From Octopus vulgaris (lineage: Eukaryota), in NCBI GenBank assembly GCA_951406725.2, contig OX597823.1:115444001-115508000 (forward strand): a stretch of 64,000 bases of DNA, read 5' to 3'. The position numbers and the translations under genes are program-made. Numbering within the stretch: the stretch's first letter is position 1; each line of letters starts with the position of its first letter. Of this stretch, positions 12,681-27,153 are shown in pieces. A model generated the notes under the pieces. That model saw nothing but the letters and a program-made list of their open reading frames with translations. It was not told where the DNA came from and made no database searches.

Positions 12681-13022
12681 AAGATATATATATGTATACA
12701 TACATATATATATATATATATAGATATATCAAGTCGAATAAGCTCCCATCACTAGCTTGTGATTGTCTCACACAGAAGACGAGAAACAACACAGAAACCT
12801 GGGACGTTGAGTATCATAAAGGCAGGAGATAGGGGTGATAACCTCTCTTGCTCATACTATACAGACACAAAGTGTGTGCCGATAGTCAGCTGGAAAAGAT
12901 GTTCCAGCATGGCCGCAGTCAAATGACTGAAACGTGGAAAAGAATAAAAGAATACTCTACGATTAATGTCCCGAACACCCCACCCCCACTCGGTTTACTT
13001 TGTATAGAATGTTCTTTGGATT

Positions 13023-13312
13023 CGCGGCAAGCTGGCAGAAACGTTAGCAGGCCGGGCGAAATGCTTTGCGGTATTTCGTCTGCCGTTACGTTCTGAGTTC
13101 AAATTCCGCCGAGGTCGACATTGCCTTTCATCCTCTCGGGATCGATAAATTATGTACCAGTTACGCACTGGGGTCGATATAATCGACCTAATCCGTTTGT
13201 CTGTCCTTGTTTGTCTTCTCTGTGTTTAGCCCCTTGTGGGTAGTAAAGAAATAGGTATTTCGTCTGCCGTTACGTTCTGAGTTCAAATCCGCCGAGGGTA
13301 GTAAAGAAATAG
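13023..13312 (+). mobile_element. SINE family B, one unit plus partial second unit
   Basis: Near-identical to the units in 2816-3396, including the unit junction AAAGAAATAGGTATTTCG. Confidence 0.85.
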
Positions 13313-14069
13313 GAATACTTTGTTCGAGTCTTATCCTCCATATTTTCTGTTGGCGAAGATTTCGTATGGAGTGCTGAGTGGGACACTCGCCCGGGTTATC
13401 TAAATCCTTGACGAGGAATAAGCAACGTCCCATTTTGTGACTGAATTTTCCGGTTGTTCTTTTGTTGTGTTTAAAGTTTGCAGCTCATTATTTCATGAAA
13501 CGCTACACACCATTGTTTTTTTTTTTGTTTTTTTTTTACCTATTCCACCTTTCGGTCGATGGGACCTCCAGGGTCCTATTTTATATCAGCGGTGGTGCTA
13601 AAACATTTTAAAGGATTTTAAGGATTCAGTTGAATATTTTGTATACTGCATATTCATTTCATTTCGTTTCTATATTCACATTTGTGTTGTGTTTGTTTTT
13701 GTCACTGTCCCCAACGTTCGCTCGCTGTTGACCCCACCAAAATTGAACAATATTATCGTTAAGGCGTGAAAATTGTTAGGATCTTTTGGACGATAACCGA
13801 CGAGGAATGAGCAACGTCCCCTCTGGTGTGAGGATTTTCCGCTTCTTCCTTTGTTGTGATTCTGTTCAAATTTTGAAGCTTACACACACGCATGTATTTT
13901 GGGGCATTATTCTTCATAAAAGCACTTCGAAAATAGGCAGCAGTTCCCGTGTTTCTCATTAAATTAATCAGTTAATTGACTTGTCGAAGTTCCTTACCGG
14001 TTCACAGTTCTGGCCATACCTACACGTGCGAGTGAGCATAGATACGGTTTACATACACTCGTTCAGGAG

Positions 14070-14133
14070 CGTGCGTGCGTATGTATGTATGTATGTATGT
14101 ATGTATGTATGTATGTATGTATGTATGTATGTA

Positions 14134-14195
<62 letters not shown>

Positions 14196-14543
14196 TATGT
14201 ATGTATGTATGTGTGTGTGTATATATGTATGTATGTATGTGTGTACCTGTGTACGTGTGTATGCTTGTCTGTGTATGTGTGTACGTTTGTATGCGTGTGT
14301 GTATCTGTGTATGTATTTATGTATATATGTATGTGTGTATGTATATATGTATATATGTATGTGTGTATGTATATATGTATGTGTGTATGTATATATGTGT
14401 ATGTATATATGTATGTGTGTATGTATATATGTATATATATATATGTGTGTATATATATATAAATATATATACATATATGTGTGTGTATATATATATATAT
14501 ATATGTGTGTGTGTATATATATATGTGTGTGTGTGTGTGTGTA

Positions 14544-14606
<63 letters not shown>

Positions 14607-14613
14607 ATATATA

Positions 14614-14652
<39 letters not shown>

Positions 14653-14713
14653 ATATATATATATATATGTGTGTGTGTATATATATATATGTGTATATAT
14701 ATATATGTGTGTG

Positions 14714-14748
<35 letters not shown>

Positions 14749-14795
14749 ATATTGTGTGTGTTTGTGTATATATATATATATATGTATATATATAT

Positions 14796-14827
<32 letters not shown>

Positions 14828-14830
14828 ATC
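14070..14830. repeat. Compound (TATG)n/(TG)n/(TA)n microsatellite
   Basis: Directly visible. Confidence 0.95.
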
Positions 14831-15429
14831 ATTAATGATGATGTATGTATGTATGTATGGAAAATACACCATACAAACATCGACGGTAAACACGCATCTC
14901 TGTTCAGACTCATTGATGTATATATAGGCGCCTACACGGGGATGCATTAACGTAAATCGACACACTTGCATATGCACACTTCTGCCAGCCACCATACTGC
15001 ACATATTCTTCATAGAATATCCCCCCCACCACCACCACCCGTCTTGTTTGAATGCAGTTAGATACATAACATTGTGTATGTGCATTCGCTTATGTATCTC
15101 TATGTTGGCGTTTCCCTTGCCACCCGTTTCGTACACGCACCGTGTACACACCTTGTTGGCACCAAGCATTTTTACTATCCATTTATTTATTGCTCTGATG
15201 TTTAACCGACTCGCGAAAAGAAATAAGAGAAGCAATAAATGATAATAAGGAAAAATAAAGTCTTTGTTCAATCCACTCATGCTGGGAATGGATTTTAATT
15301 TATTACACAGGAATTTCCTGTTATTTGTAAAAGAATTAAAGGAAAATCGACGGCGATATTAATATTGTTTAATAGTAGCCTGTAGCTAGCCTTGTAGACA
15401 ATCACTAGGAGTATGCGTGTCTATCTTTG

Positions 15430-15896
15430 TATTTATTTTTACACACACACACGTGAAACACTGCTGACCACTACCCCTGTCTCTCTCTCTCTTTCACATT
15501 TATGTTTTACTACGGTGCCACTGCTTTGCATCGAGTTCTCTCGTTAAATTCTTGGTTGTGCTTTGAAATAAAGAGGCGGCTGCTTGTTTCAGGACTTGCC
15601 ATTCCGGGCTGCTCGCCGGAGTTACTTCCCTTTACAGTGCTTTCTCTCTCTTTCTCTTTCTCATCTGTTTAGGAAAATCAATAACTTCTGAAAATACCTA
15701 AATTTTCTTCTCATATCCTCCGTCGCGAAGAATTACGTAGAGCAAAGCAACTTTTCTGTTCTAGCGAAAGAAACAACAGAACAATTTTAGTGTAGTAGCT
15801 GTAGTAGTACTATAATCCTATTTATTGTTAGTAATTACATTGCTACTAGTATTTTTTCTTTGGTGATAGTTTGAAGACATTCTTACACCATGCTAG
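15430..15896 (+). promoter_or_regulatory. Candidate promoter/first exon of a + strand host gene
   Basis: Non-repetitive, CpG-retaining segment ending in ACC-ATG-CTA-G|GTAACA (ATG at 15890, donor at 15897); CpG depletion appears stronger downstream. No expression evidence. Confidence 0.35.
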
Positions 15897-16085
15897 GTAA
15901 CATTGAACGTTTAGTATTGTTACATCCACTCACAACACATTGACTGACTGATGCCTATATTTTTTAAATGCTAGTTAAAGGTTTTAACACTAGCTGAGAT
16001 TACTATTATTATTATTATTATTATTATTATTCAATATGTGTATTTTTCTTTCTTTTTTTCACTTAGACCAGTTATGCTTAGCAAT

Positions 16086-17796
16086 ATGATGATGATGATA
16101 ATAATAATAATAAAATAATGATGATGATGATGATGATAACGATAAAAAGATGATGATGATAATAATAATAAAATAATGATGATGATGATAATAATAAAAA
16201 GATGATGATGATAATAATAATAATAAAATAATGATGATGATGATAATGATAAAAAGATGATAATAATAATAATAAAATAATGATGATGATGATAATAATA
16301 AAAAGATGATGATGATAATAATAAAATAATGATGATGATGATAATGATAAAAAGATGATAATAATAATAATAAAATAATGATGATGATGATAATGATAAA
16401 AAGATGATAATAATAATAATAAAATAATGATGATGATGATAATGATAAAAAGATGATGATGATAATAATAATAATAAAATAATGATGATGATGATAATAA
16501 TAAAAAGATGATGATGATAATAATAATAATAAAATAATGATGATGATGATAATAATAAAAAGATGATGATGATAATAATAATAATAAAATAATGATGATG
16601 ATGATAATGATAAAAAGATGATAATAATAATAATAAAATAATGATGATGATGATAATAATAAAAAGATGATGATGATAATAATAATAATAAAATAATGAT
16701 GATGATGATAATAATAAAAAGATGATGATGATAATAATAATAATAAAATAATGATGATGATGATAATGATATAAAGATGATGATGATAATAATAATAATA
16801 AAATAATGATGATGATGATAATGATAAAAAGATGATGATAATAATAATAATAATAAAATAATGATGATGATGATAATGATAAAAAGATGATGATAATAAT
16901 AATAATAATAAAATAATGATGATGATGATAATGATAAAAAGATGATGATAATAATAATAATAATAAAATAATGATGATGATGATAATGATAAAAAGATGA
17001 TGATGATAATAATAATAATAAAATAATGATGATGATGATAATGATAAAAAGATGATGATAATAATAATAATAATAAAATAATGATGATGATGATAATGAT
17101 AAAAAGATGATAATAATAATAATAATAAAATAATGATGATGATGATAATGATAAAAAGATGATGATGATAATAATAATAATAAAATAATGATGATGATGA
17201 TAATGATAAAAAGATGATAATAATAATAATAAAATAATGATGATGATGATAATAATAAAAAGATGATGATGATAATAATAATAATAAAATAATGATGATG
17301 ATGATAATAATAAAAAGATGATGATGATAATAATAATAATAAAATAATGATGATGATGATAATGATAAAAAGATGATAATAATAATAATAAAATAATGAT
17401 GATGATGATAATAATAAAAAGATGATGATGATAATAATAATAATAAAATAATGATGATGATGATAATAATAAAAAGATGATGATGATAATAATAATAATA
17501 AAATAATGATGATGATGATAATAATAAAAAGATGATGATGATAATAATAATAATAAAATAATGATGATGATGATAATAATAATAAAATAATGATGATGAT
17601 GATAATGATAAAAGATGATAATAATAATAATAAAATAATGATGATGATGATAATAATAAAAAGATGATGATGATAATAATAATAATAAAATAATGATGAT
17701 GATGATGATAATAATAAAAGGATGATGATAATAATAATAATAATAAACAATGATGATTATAATAATGATAATAATGATAATGATAATAATAATAAT
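16086..17796. repeat. 1.7-kb higher-order (GAT)n(AAT)n satellite
   Basis: Units of ~54-60 bp: AAAA(GAT)2-4(AAT)4-5AAAAT(AAT)(GAT)4AATRAT; almost no C on the + strand. Confidence 0.95.
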
Positions 17797-17975
17797 TCTT
17801 TCTGCTGGAAGCACTAGGCCTCAAATTTGAGGGAAGGGATTGAGTCAATTACATCGACCCAGTGCGTAGATGGTACTTATTTAATCGACCCCGAAAGGAT
17901 GAAAGGCAAAGTCGACCTCAGCGGGATTTGAACTCAGAACATGAAGACGGACAAAATGCCACTAAGCATTTTGCT
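17797..17975 (-). mobile_element. SINE family B copy whose 3' tail runs into the satellite
   Basis: Reverse complement of the family B core (ATCGACCCCGAAAGGATGAAAGGCAAAGTCGAC); further minus-strand copies at ~19140-19320, 42040-42235, 50547-50755. Confidence 0.8.
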
Positions 17976-18130
17976 TGGATTGGCTTGGCTTGGTCACGAT
18001 TCTGTTAGCTCACTGCCTAATAATAATAACAATAATAACAATAACAATGATAATAATAACAATAATAACAATAACAATAATAATAATAATAATAATAACA
18101 ATAATAACAATAATAATAATAATAATAACA

Positions 18131-18463
18131 TTTTTTAATAATTCTTTTATTGGCCACAAGGGCTCACATAAAATTACATTAAAAGACATACAACATAAAA
18201 GACAAAACAGGACGATGCAATGGGTTTTACGTGTAAACAATATAAATAGCAATTAAGAATTAAACAATTTAAAACTCCCAATAGGGGAGGTGCTTTAAGA
18301 ACCTCATGGAAAAAGCCACCGGTGCCTGAACAACAGGGCAAGAGCCCTTCTCCTTTTGTTTACAGGTGCATGCTCAGAATTGGTCCTTTCACACAGGCCA
18401 TTCTTCCAACATTCACCCACCTTTCAACAAACTTGCTACAAGGCAGCACTTCCCTCTCCACCC
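18131..18463 (-). mobile_element. Tx1/L1-like LINE 3' end fragment
   Basis: Minus strand RVEREVLPCSKFVERWVNVGRMA...L*, then a 3' UTR with AATAAA and an A-rich end; embedded in (AAT)n. Confidence 0.5.
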
Positions 18464-18504
<41 letters not shown>

Positions 18505-19374
18505 TTAATAATTTCTACAATAGGCACAAGGCCTGAAATTTTAAAGGAGGGGGATTGTTGATTACTAATGGGTATTTTGGGTTTTGTCACTCAGTAGTAT
18601 ACCCTGATGCAGTACCAGGCGGCAGTTCTAATGGCTTCTTTTTTAACTGATTGGAAGTGCTACTATGTACATGTTTTGTCTTGATATAAAAGATGGACTA
18701 CAGTAAATATTTTGCTCAGTACCACAGATTTGCTTGTCAGTTCCTTAACCTTAACCAACTGATAATATGTGCATCTCTGATCATGAGCAGAAGTAGTGGG
18801 GGAGCATCACAGCCATGTGTTGAGAGGGATTCTTTAGGGTTTGAATAATTCATCTCTGGAAACATGGGTGGTTCATTCAACTTCCTTAAACAATCCTTAT
18901 TCAGGGACCTTTTGAGCGGGATGGATTACTCAACCAGAAGAAAATTCTAACTGGACCCCATCTGCAAGGTCATGTGCTGTTTATCTTGATATGAGATCAC
19001 CATGTCACACCCCTATGGTTGTAATACATGTGCCTAGTGTACCCTTATCAGACAGGTAGTCATGATGGGTACATTGGGCTTCATAAATTTGTAACCTAAT
19101 GTCCCTTTCATGGTATGCTCTCCCACTCAATAATAATAACAATCCTTTCTACTAGAGGCACAGGGCCCTGAAATTTTAAGGGAGGGTGCTAGTCAATTAC
19201 ATCAGCTCCTGTGCTCGACTGGTACTTACCCTTTTGACCCCAAAAGGGTGAAAGGTAATGTTGACCTTGGCAGAATTTGAACTTAGAACATAAAGACAAA
19301 ATACTGCTAAACATTTGTCCAATAATAATATTAATTATACTAATAATAATAATAATGATAATAATAATAACCAA

Positions 19375-19817
19375 TACACACAGATAGAGAAATTAAGGCA
19401 ATAGACCAGATATAGTTGTCAGAGATCATGATGAAAAAATATGCTTTCTAATTGATGTATCAATACCAGCAGATGACATGTCTCTAAACGAAATGGAGAA
19501 ACTTTCGAAATACAAAGACCTGGAAATAGAGGTAACCAGAATGTGGAATCTACAAACAGAAACAATTCCTATCATAGTGGGCGTATTAGGTATGATAAAA
19601 AAATATTCAGACAAATACATAACAAGAACACCAGGACTTACAAACACATATAACATACAGAAAGTTGCACTACTGAGCACCGCACACATCCTACGCAAAG
19701 CACTTTCGATACAATAACCATCAGAGCCTCACAACAGATCCCAGCACATACCCAAGGCACACAGAGCTGCGTTTGGTAGTGAAGTGAAAGCATGATATAA
19801 AGAAAAAACCACTGAGT
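19375..19817 (+). mobile_element. R4/Dong-clade non-LTR retrotransposon 3' end (restriction-like endonuclease)
   Basis: TDREIKA/RPDIVV...LIDVSIP...EKLSKYKDLEIEVTRMWNL...IPIIVG is an RLE motif; flanked on both sides by (TAA)n. Confidence 0.85.
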
Positions 19818-20052
19818 AATAATAATAATAATAGTAATAATAATAGTAATGATAATAATAATAATAATAGTAATAATAATAGTAATGATAATAGTAATAA
19901 TAATATTAATAGTAATAATAATAATAGTAATGATAATAGTAATAATAATATTAATAGTAATAATAATAATAATAATAGTAATAGTAATAATAATAATAGT
20001 AATAATAATGATAACAATGATAATAATAATAATAGTAGTAGTAGTAATAATA

Positions 20053-20086
<34 letters not shown>

Positions 20087-20108
20087 GATATATATATATA
20101 TATATATA
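19818..20108. repeat. (AAT/AGT)n microsatellite
   Basis: Directly visible. Confidence 0.95.
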
Positions 20109-21399
20109 AAAGTGGCATTCTGAATTTTATTTTCCTATCATAAATGATTGGAATACTAAGGAACTTGTTCAGATTCTTACAATGGAATGGATTTCTAATT
20201 TTCAATGTAGAACTTCTTATTTTAACCATTCCAGTGCTTAAATGTGATATGAAGTAAAATGTTTGAAATAAAAGTAATTTTGTTGTTTGCTGTCGAATCT
20301 CAAATAATTTAGGATGGAACATTTAAATATAGACTGCAGACTTAAGAGAACAATCCCAAATATTATAGACTATTTGATTAATTTTAACAATAAATTTTCT
20401 GTGCTTTTCAATCATTCCATTTCTGAAATGATTTCAGTTTGAAGATATTCTATTTTAAGTCAAGATTCCACACCTATCTTCTAAAAGTGAAGTATGGTAG
20501 CTGAATTGTTACAGTCTTGAATTCATAACTTTAAAAACAGACAGAATAGATTGAAACAATATCATAAGTACTGGGATTTTGTCATTGCTAATAATTTATA
20601 CAGGGTATTTTAAAGTATAAACTACTTTAGCTTAACATACTTTGGTTGATTATAAGGGAAACAGGAGACAAAGAAATAATGTGTAGAGCCAGAGAAGTGA
20701 AAGTGCTCAATTGAAAAAGAGTTGAATTATAAAGTGAGAATAACCAATATTGAAGAAGTGTGCAATGAAAACAAGTAAGATAAAGGAAGGACAGAAGGAA
20801 ACATAATGTTTTGGGTGGTACCCTTTATTGAAGAGAAGAAAAAGGATTCTGTAGGGTAAAAGCTAGAGAAAAATATATATGATATCAAATTCAAGATGTT
20901 TGTTTACATGGTAATTCTATAGAAGAATGAAAGCTGGGGAGTGGAATAGAATGACCAGGTGAGAGTGAGTGTCTGAAAGGGGTGGGGAGAGAAAGGAAGA
21001 AGTAGAATGAACAGGGCCAGTGAGAAAAAGGGAAAGAAGCAAGAAGGGAAGAAGAGAATCATGGAAGAGAGAGAGAGAGAGAGAACTGGCAAGGGAGGGA
21101 AAGTGAAAAGGGTTTTGGAGAGATCATGATTCCATGAGTCCAGTGAGGTATAATTGAATGTGTAATGTGTTCGTTTGTGTAGAGATTTAAATAACGTTTA
21201 TTGTGTGACAAGGAACTTCTGAGTAGGAATGGGTAGAACGGTCATACTTGCAGTGTGTTGCACCTTGCTAAGAATGAAACTCTATCTATGTACAAGGGGG
21301 AGCCAAAAATTATCTGCACTTTTGCCAAAACTTTCTTTGAATTGGCCACACAGCTTTCGGGACTTGCACGCTAAAAAGTGGTACTCTTGTGGTTATACT

Positions 21400-21802
21400 C
21401 TACTCTTTTACTTGTTTCAGTCATTTGACTGTGGCCATGCTGGAGCACTGCCTTTAGTTGAGCAAATCGACTCCAGGACTTATTCTTTCTAAGCCCAGTA
21501 CTTATTCTATCGGTCTCTTTTTGCCAAACCGCTAAGTTACGGGGACGTAAACACACCAACATCGGTTGTCAAGCGATGTTGGTGGGGACAAACACAGACA
21601 CACAAAGATATACACACACACACATACATATATATACATATATACGATGGGCTTCTTTCAGTTTCCATCTACAAAATCCACTCACAAGGCTTTGGTCGGC
21701 CCGAGGCTATAGCAGAAGGCATTTGCCCAAGGTGTCATGCAGTGAGACTGAACCCAGAACCATGTGGTTGTTAAGCAAGCTTCTTACCACACAGCCACTC
21801 CT
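21400..21802 (-). mobile_element. SINE family A
   Basis: Reverse complement of the family A consensus. Confidence 0.9.
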
Positions 21803-22075
21803 GAGCCTATTTATTCACATTGTTTGAATTAGTCATGCATTATCTAGTAGCTTCAAGTTTTCAATGATATAATTGTATATTTTTTAAGAATGACACTGTA
21901 AGGTAGGTGTGAGAGGCTGGATCTGGCTGGTTTGAACACAACAAAGGTAGAATATATGGTTTGCATGCTAATGGCTTAAGGTGTGATAATGTTTATTCCA
22001 ATGTGTTTGTAGGTGCATATGAATGTGAATCAAATAGGATGCTCGTGTAACAGTGAATATGTGATTTGTGAAATT

Positions 22076-22501
22076 GGATCTTTTTGGTTTGAAGGGCAGT
22101 TAACATAATTTCTCGGTAACTAAAAAATTTTAAACTTCGTATACTGCTAGAATGTGTTTATAAAACATCTTTTACTCTTGCCTTTATAGAGAAAATTCTA
22201 TAGTTTGTAAGATATTTGTTGTTTTTTTTCTTCAATTTCTGCAATTTCAACTAATTACTGACATCTATTGAGGTAAAAAAACGTTCTGTGCCATATTAAT
22301 ATGTCCCTCGTTTAAGAAACAGATAGGGTTTATTTACATTTGTGAAGAAAAGAAAGATACCCTTCTCCCCACCCCTAACCCTAACTAACCCTAACCCTAA
22401 AACAGATTGAAATACAATAGATCGATACTTGGGTCATAATTATGGGTGACAATTTCATATGACACCGCTAGAAAAAACTGCTGTTCAAACCGAAAAGATC
22501 C
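22076..22501. mobile_element. 426-bp MITE with GG-terminal 24-bp TIRs and 8-bp TSD (Merlin-like?), carrying telomere-like repeats
   Basis: TIR GGATCTTTTYGGTTTGAA; TSD GTGAAATW at 22068-22075 and 22502-22509; inverted second copy at 58755-59184. Confidence 0.85.
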
Positions 22502-22875
22502 GTGAAATATTTATGGATGTACAGATACATAGGATAGTATATATGGTCTGTTAGATGTGTATAGGATTGGTAAACTAGAATATGGGTGAATGGGTGAGGA
22601 TGGAAATTGGTTGGATGCAGTCAAGCTATTTTGACCAAACTTGTCACAAATGAAAGGAAACGGCAGCTGAGGGGAGGTGGTAGAGGAGGTGGTGTTCCTT
22701 TTCAAAGCGAGAAGCAAGGGACCCATATTCTGAAATGTTATCACCGAGATGGAAAATAGTTTGTACGGCTGAATCGAAGTGATGCCCCACTTGTGTGGGG
22801 TACTGATGCTTAAGTGGTGGTCATAAATGTTCAGTGATATGATTTGTTATATATAAGAAACACGATATGTATATT

Positions 22876-23270
22876 AGGCGTAAGAGTGGTTGTGTGGTAA
22901 GTAGCTTGCTTACCAACCACATGGTTCCGGGTTCAGTCCCACTGCGTGGCACCTTGGGCAAGTGTCTTCTGCTATAGCCTCGAGCCGACAAAAGCCTTGT
23001 GAGTGGATTTGGTTGACGGAAACTGAAAGAAGCCCGTCATATATATATATGTGTGTGTGTGTTTGTGTGTCTGTGTTTGTCCCCCCAACATCACTTGACA
23101 ACTGATGCTGGTGTGTTTATGTCCCCGTAACTTAGCGGTTCGGCAAAAGAGACCGATAGAATAAGTACTAGGCTTAGAAAGAATAAGTCCTGGGGTTGAA
23201 TTGCTCGACTAAAGGCGGTGCTCCAGCATGGCCACAGTCAAATGACTGAAACAAGTAAAAAAGTAAAAAA
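22876..23270 (+). mobile_element. SINE family A with probable ~22-bp TSD
   Basis: Full copy; ATAAGARACACGATATGTRTAT occurs just upstream and shortly downstream. Confidence 0.9.
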
Positions 23271-23665
23271 AAAGTATATAAAATATAATATAATGTACAA
23301 ATAAGAGACACGATATGTGTATAAAATAATATGGATATATATGGATGCTAAATTTCCAAGTGCTGGCACGACAATACACCAGCTTCAGCATTCAATCCTC
23401 AGAGAGTGGAAGCTGGCAAAAATGGTTTTCATGCCTGAAGGAGTATGACTGCGAACAGCATTGACTGAGATGGGTTTCCTGTGAGGTGTGTCTCTGAAAT
23501 CGCATTACTCAACAGGGTAACGAGCAGGCTGGGTAATATCCATAGTCTCCGCTGGTCATGCTTGGAACACAGCCAGAAAATCTAATGATTGTGGTTTTTG
23601 ATAAGAGACTTCATGGAGGAAGTGTCTGAAGAATCTATCTCCTCTGCACTCTTCTCACCCTCTTC

Positions 23666-24880
<1,215 letters not shown>

Positions 24881-26031
24881 GAAAGATAGATAGATATTGA
24901 TCTTGGCCTAGATATATAGATAGATATTTTTGTATCTATACATATTTGTATACATATCTATGCACATGTAGATATGTGCATTACATGCTTGTATATTTGT
25001 ATGTATGATCTCCTGTGATAAATTGGATAAGGATCCTGTTTACCAATTTTTTTCTACACAATTTACCAACATTGCTATCAGAAATTTGGGAGCAATTTCC
25101 CTTTTTTTCTTCTTCTTCTTCTTCTTCTTCTTTTTTTTATTACCTTTCTTTGAAAGAAAAAGTAAGGCATTGCAGGCAGCTTCCTTGAACTGACTAATCC
25201 AAAACGCTGCTGTAAAATTGACATAAATTTTCAAAGAATTTGTATTTCCATGTTTTTTTTCCCCCTGTTTTCCAATTGATGTTACCTAAAATAAAGTAAA
25301 ATTTACGAACCTTTACTATTTACACTAATGAGTAGAACTAAATATAGCAATGAGTGCTTTCACTAATTTCAAAGAGATTCATATGCTTATTTATCAATTT
25401 TTCCAATAAAAAGAAAAAAAGAAAAAAAAAAAAAGGAAACAGAAATACCAAAAGCACATAAGATCAGATTTGTGGCTTAATTAATAACATCAAAACTAAA
25501 AGCAATTTTAGTCTTATCTTTTATTCTTTATTGAAAAACTTACCTTTGTTTTTTTTTTTTTTTTAAAGTACCAAAGATTGAATTTTATTGATTTTAATTT
25601 TTTAAATTGAAATGACATTGAACTGTTACAAAAGTAAATTTCTGTGACATTGCTTTGGAAAAAAGGTTGTTAGGTTTGAATCAGAAAGTGATTGATGAAA
25701 TTGAAGTGAAGCCTCTCTTTTTTTCTTTTTTTCTTTTTGAAGTGAAGCAATATTTGAGGTTCATTGAGAGCATACAGTAAAGAACTGGCGTAAAATTGTT
25801 TATGATGATATTAATTATTCTTATGATAATTGGAATGAAAAAGCACCACCATCATCAAAAACGTGTTCAGATTTAAAAGGTTATGAGGACTGCAAACCTT
25901 TTATCAACAAATGTCATTGTAATGTCCTTTGATATAGCTCCAGGCTGACCAAAGTCTTGTGAGTGAATTTTGTAGCTAGAAACAGTATACAAGCCTGATG
26001 AAGAAGCTTAATTTTGGGGTATAATTTAGGC

Positions 26032-26215
26032 CAGGGGTCTTCAAAGTGGTTAATATTGACCCCTGGGGATCGATGGGACTATTCAAGGGTCAATAAATAC
26101 ACATCTACTTAATAATTATTATAATCTATTTATTTTCTTGTACATGCCTGAGGAGCGATGAGGGGTCAAGGATTCCATGAAGGGGTCAATAGTCTATAAA
26201 GTTTGGGGATCCCTG
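26032..26215. mobile_element. hAT-type MITE with 8-bp TSD
   Basis: Termini CAGGGGTCTTCAAA / TTTGGGGATCCCTG; TSD ATTTAGGC at 26024-26031 and 26216-26223. Confidence 0.8.
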
Positions 26216-26776
26216 ATTTAGGCAGAGTGGTTACCAGGAGAAACCATCAGAAATTTTGAGACTAAACAGTTGTTGGAACAAATGTGTTGCTCCTATGCTG
26301 AGGAGCTGTAATAAACTGCTTTTATGAATGGAGCATGTGACCCTTTGTTCAATATTATATTAGTGTCCAATGAGAATGAATGAATAAGAAAGGCCATCTT
26401 GAAAACAAACATTGAGTCTTTATTCCTTTGTAAAATTTGCACAATAGTTTGGACACAATGTAAGCATTAACAAGTTATAAAGGCTTGCTGTTTTTCCATC
26501 ATCTTAGTAATTAAGCCAGATGCATCATTGGTAACGACTTTGTTGTGTGTTGCTTCTTCTCTGTACATCTGGTTCCTGCAACTCACTTCAATGACTGCTG
26601 TCACCTCCCTAAATGGTGGAATGTTTCTTGAACCAGTTTATAAATTAAAGTGGGCTCCAGAACACATACAGAAGTTGTACCTTAAAATATATTAAATAAA
26701 ACGTGATTGGACTTTCAATGTAATTCCCATGCAACATTTAACTAATTATGATATAGGGCTTAATAAAATGATAAAC

Positions 26777-27070
26777 GTCGCCCTTTTCAAGCCTAGCCAG
26801 GCTCATGGGCCTGGTTTCCCGGTTTCTGTGGCGTATGTGTTCCCCCCAGCTGGACAGGATGCCAGTCAATCACAGCATTACTCAAGAAACAGGAAGAATG
26901 TGTGAGAGAAAGTTGTGGTGAAAGAGTACAACAGGGGTTGCCACCACCCCCTGCTGGAGCCTCTTGGAACTTTTAGGTGTTTTCACTCAGTAAACACTCA
27001 CAACACCTGGTCTGGGAATCGAAACCGTGATCCTCCGACCACGAGTCCACTGTCCTAACCACTGGGCCAT
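26777..27070 (-). mobile_element. SINE family C variant
   Basis: Shares its 3' segment with 1912-2157; tRNA-like head. Confidence 0.7.
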
Positions 27071-27153
27071 TGAACTGTCCCAATTTTAACCAATCACAAC
27101 TAATTACATGATAGCTACATATATAAACAAAGCTTAATGGTCTTTTAATGCAG

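Larger units (their letters stand above)
20700..22870 (-). mobile_element. Old Penelope-like remnant interrupted by a SINE and MITEs
   Basis: Patchy PLE-like translation (PLYID, linker-like ORF 22511-22744) and a CpG-decayed hammerhead relic at ~20804-20835. Confidence 0.35.

Noticed and set aside
13310-13960. Additional Penelope-like remnant
   Set aside because: Only vague resemblance in translation; no clear motif or ribozyme found.
16086-17796. CRISPR-like array (also considered for 41056-41600)
   Set aside because: No unique spacers, eukaryotic context, no cas genes.
16031-17848. Three 560-605-aa minus-strand ORFs
   Set aside because: All three frames are open only because the satellite lacks stop triplets on that strand; homopolymeric I/L/S/Y/H runs.
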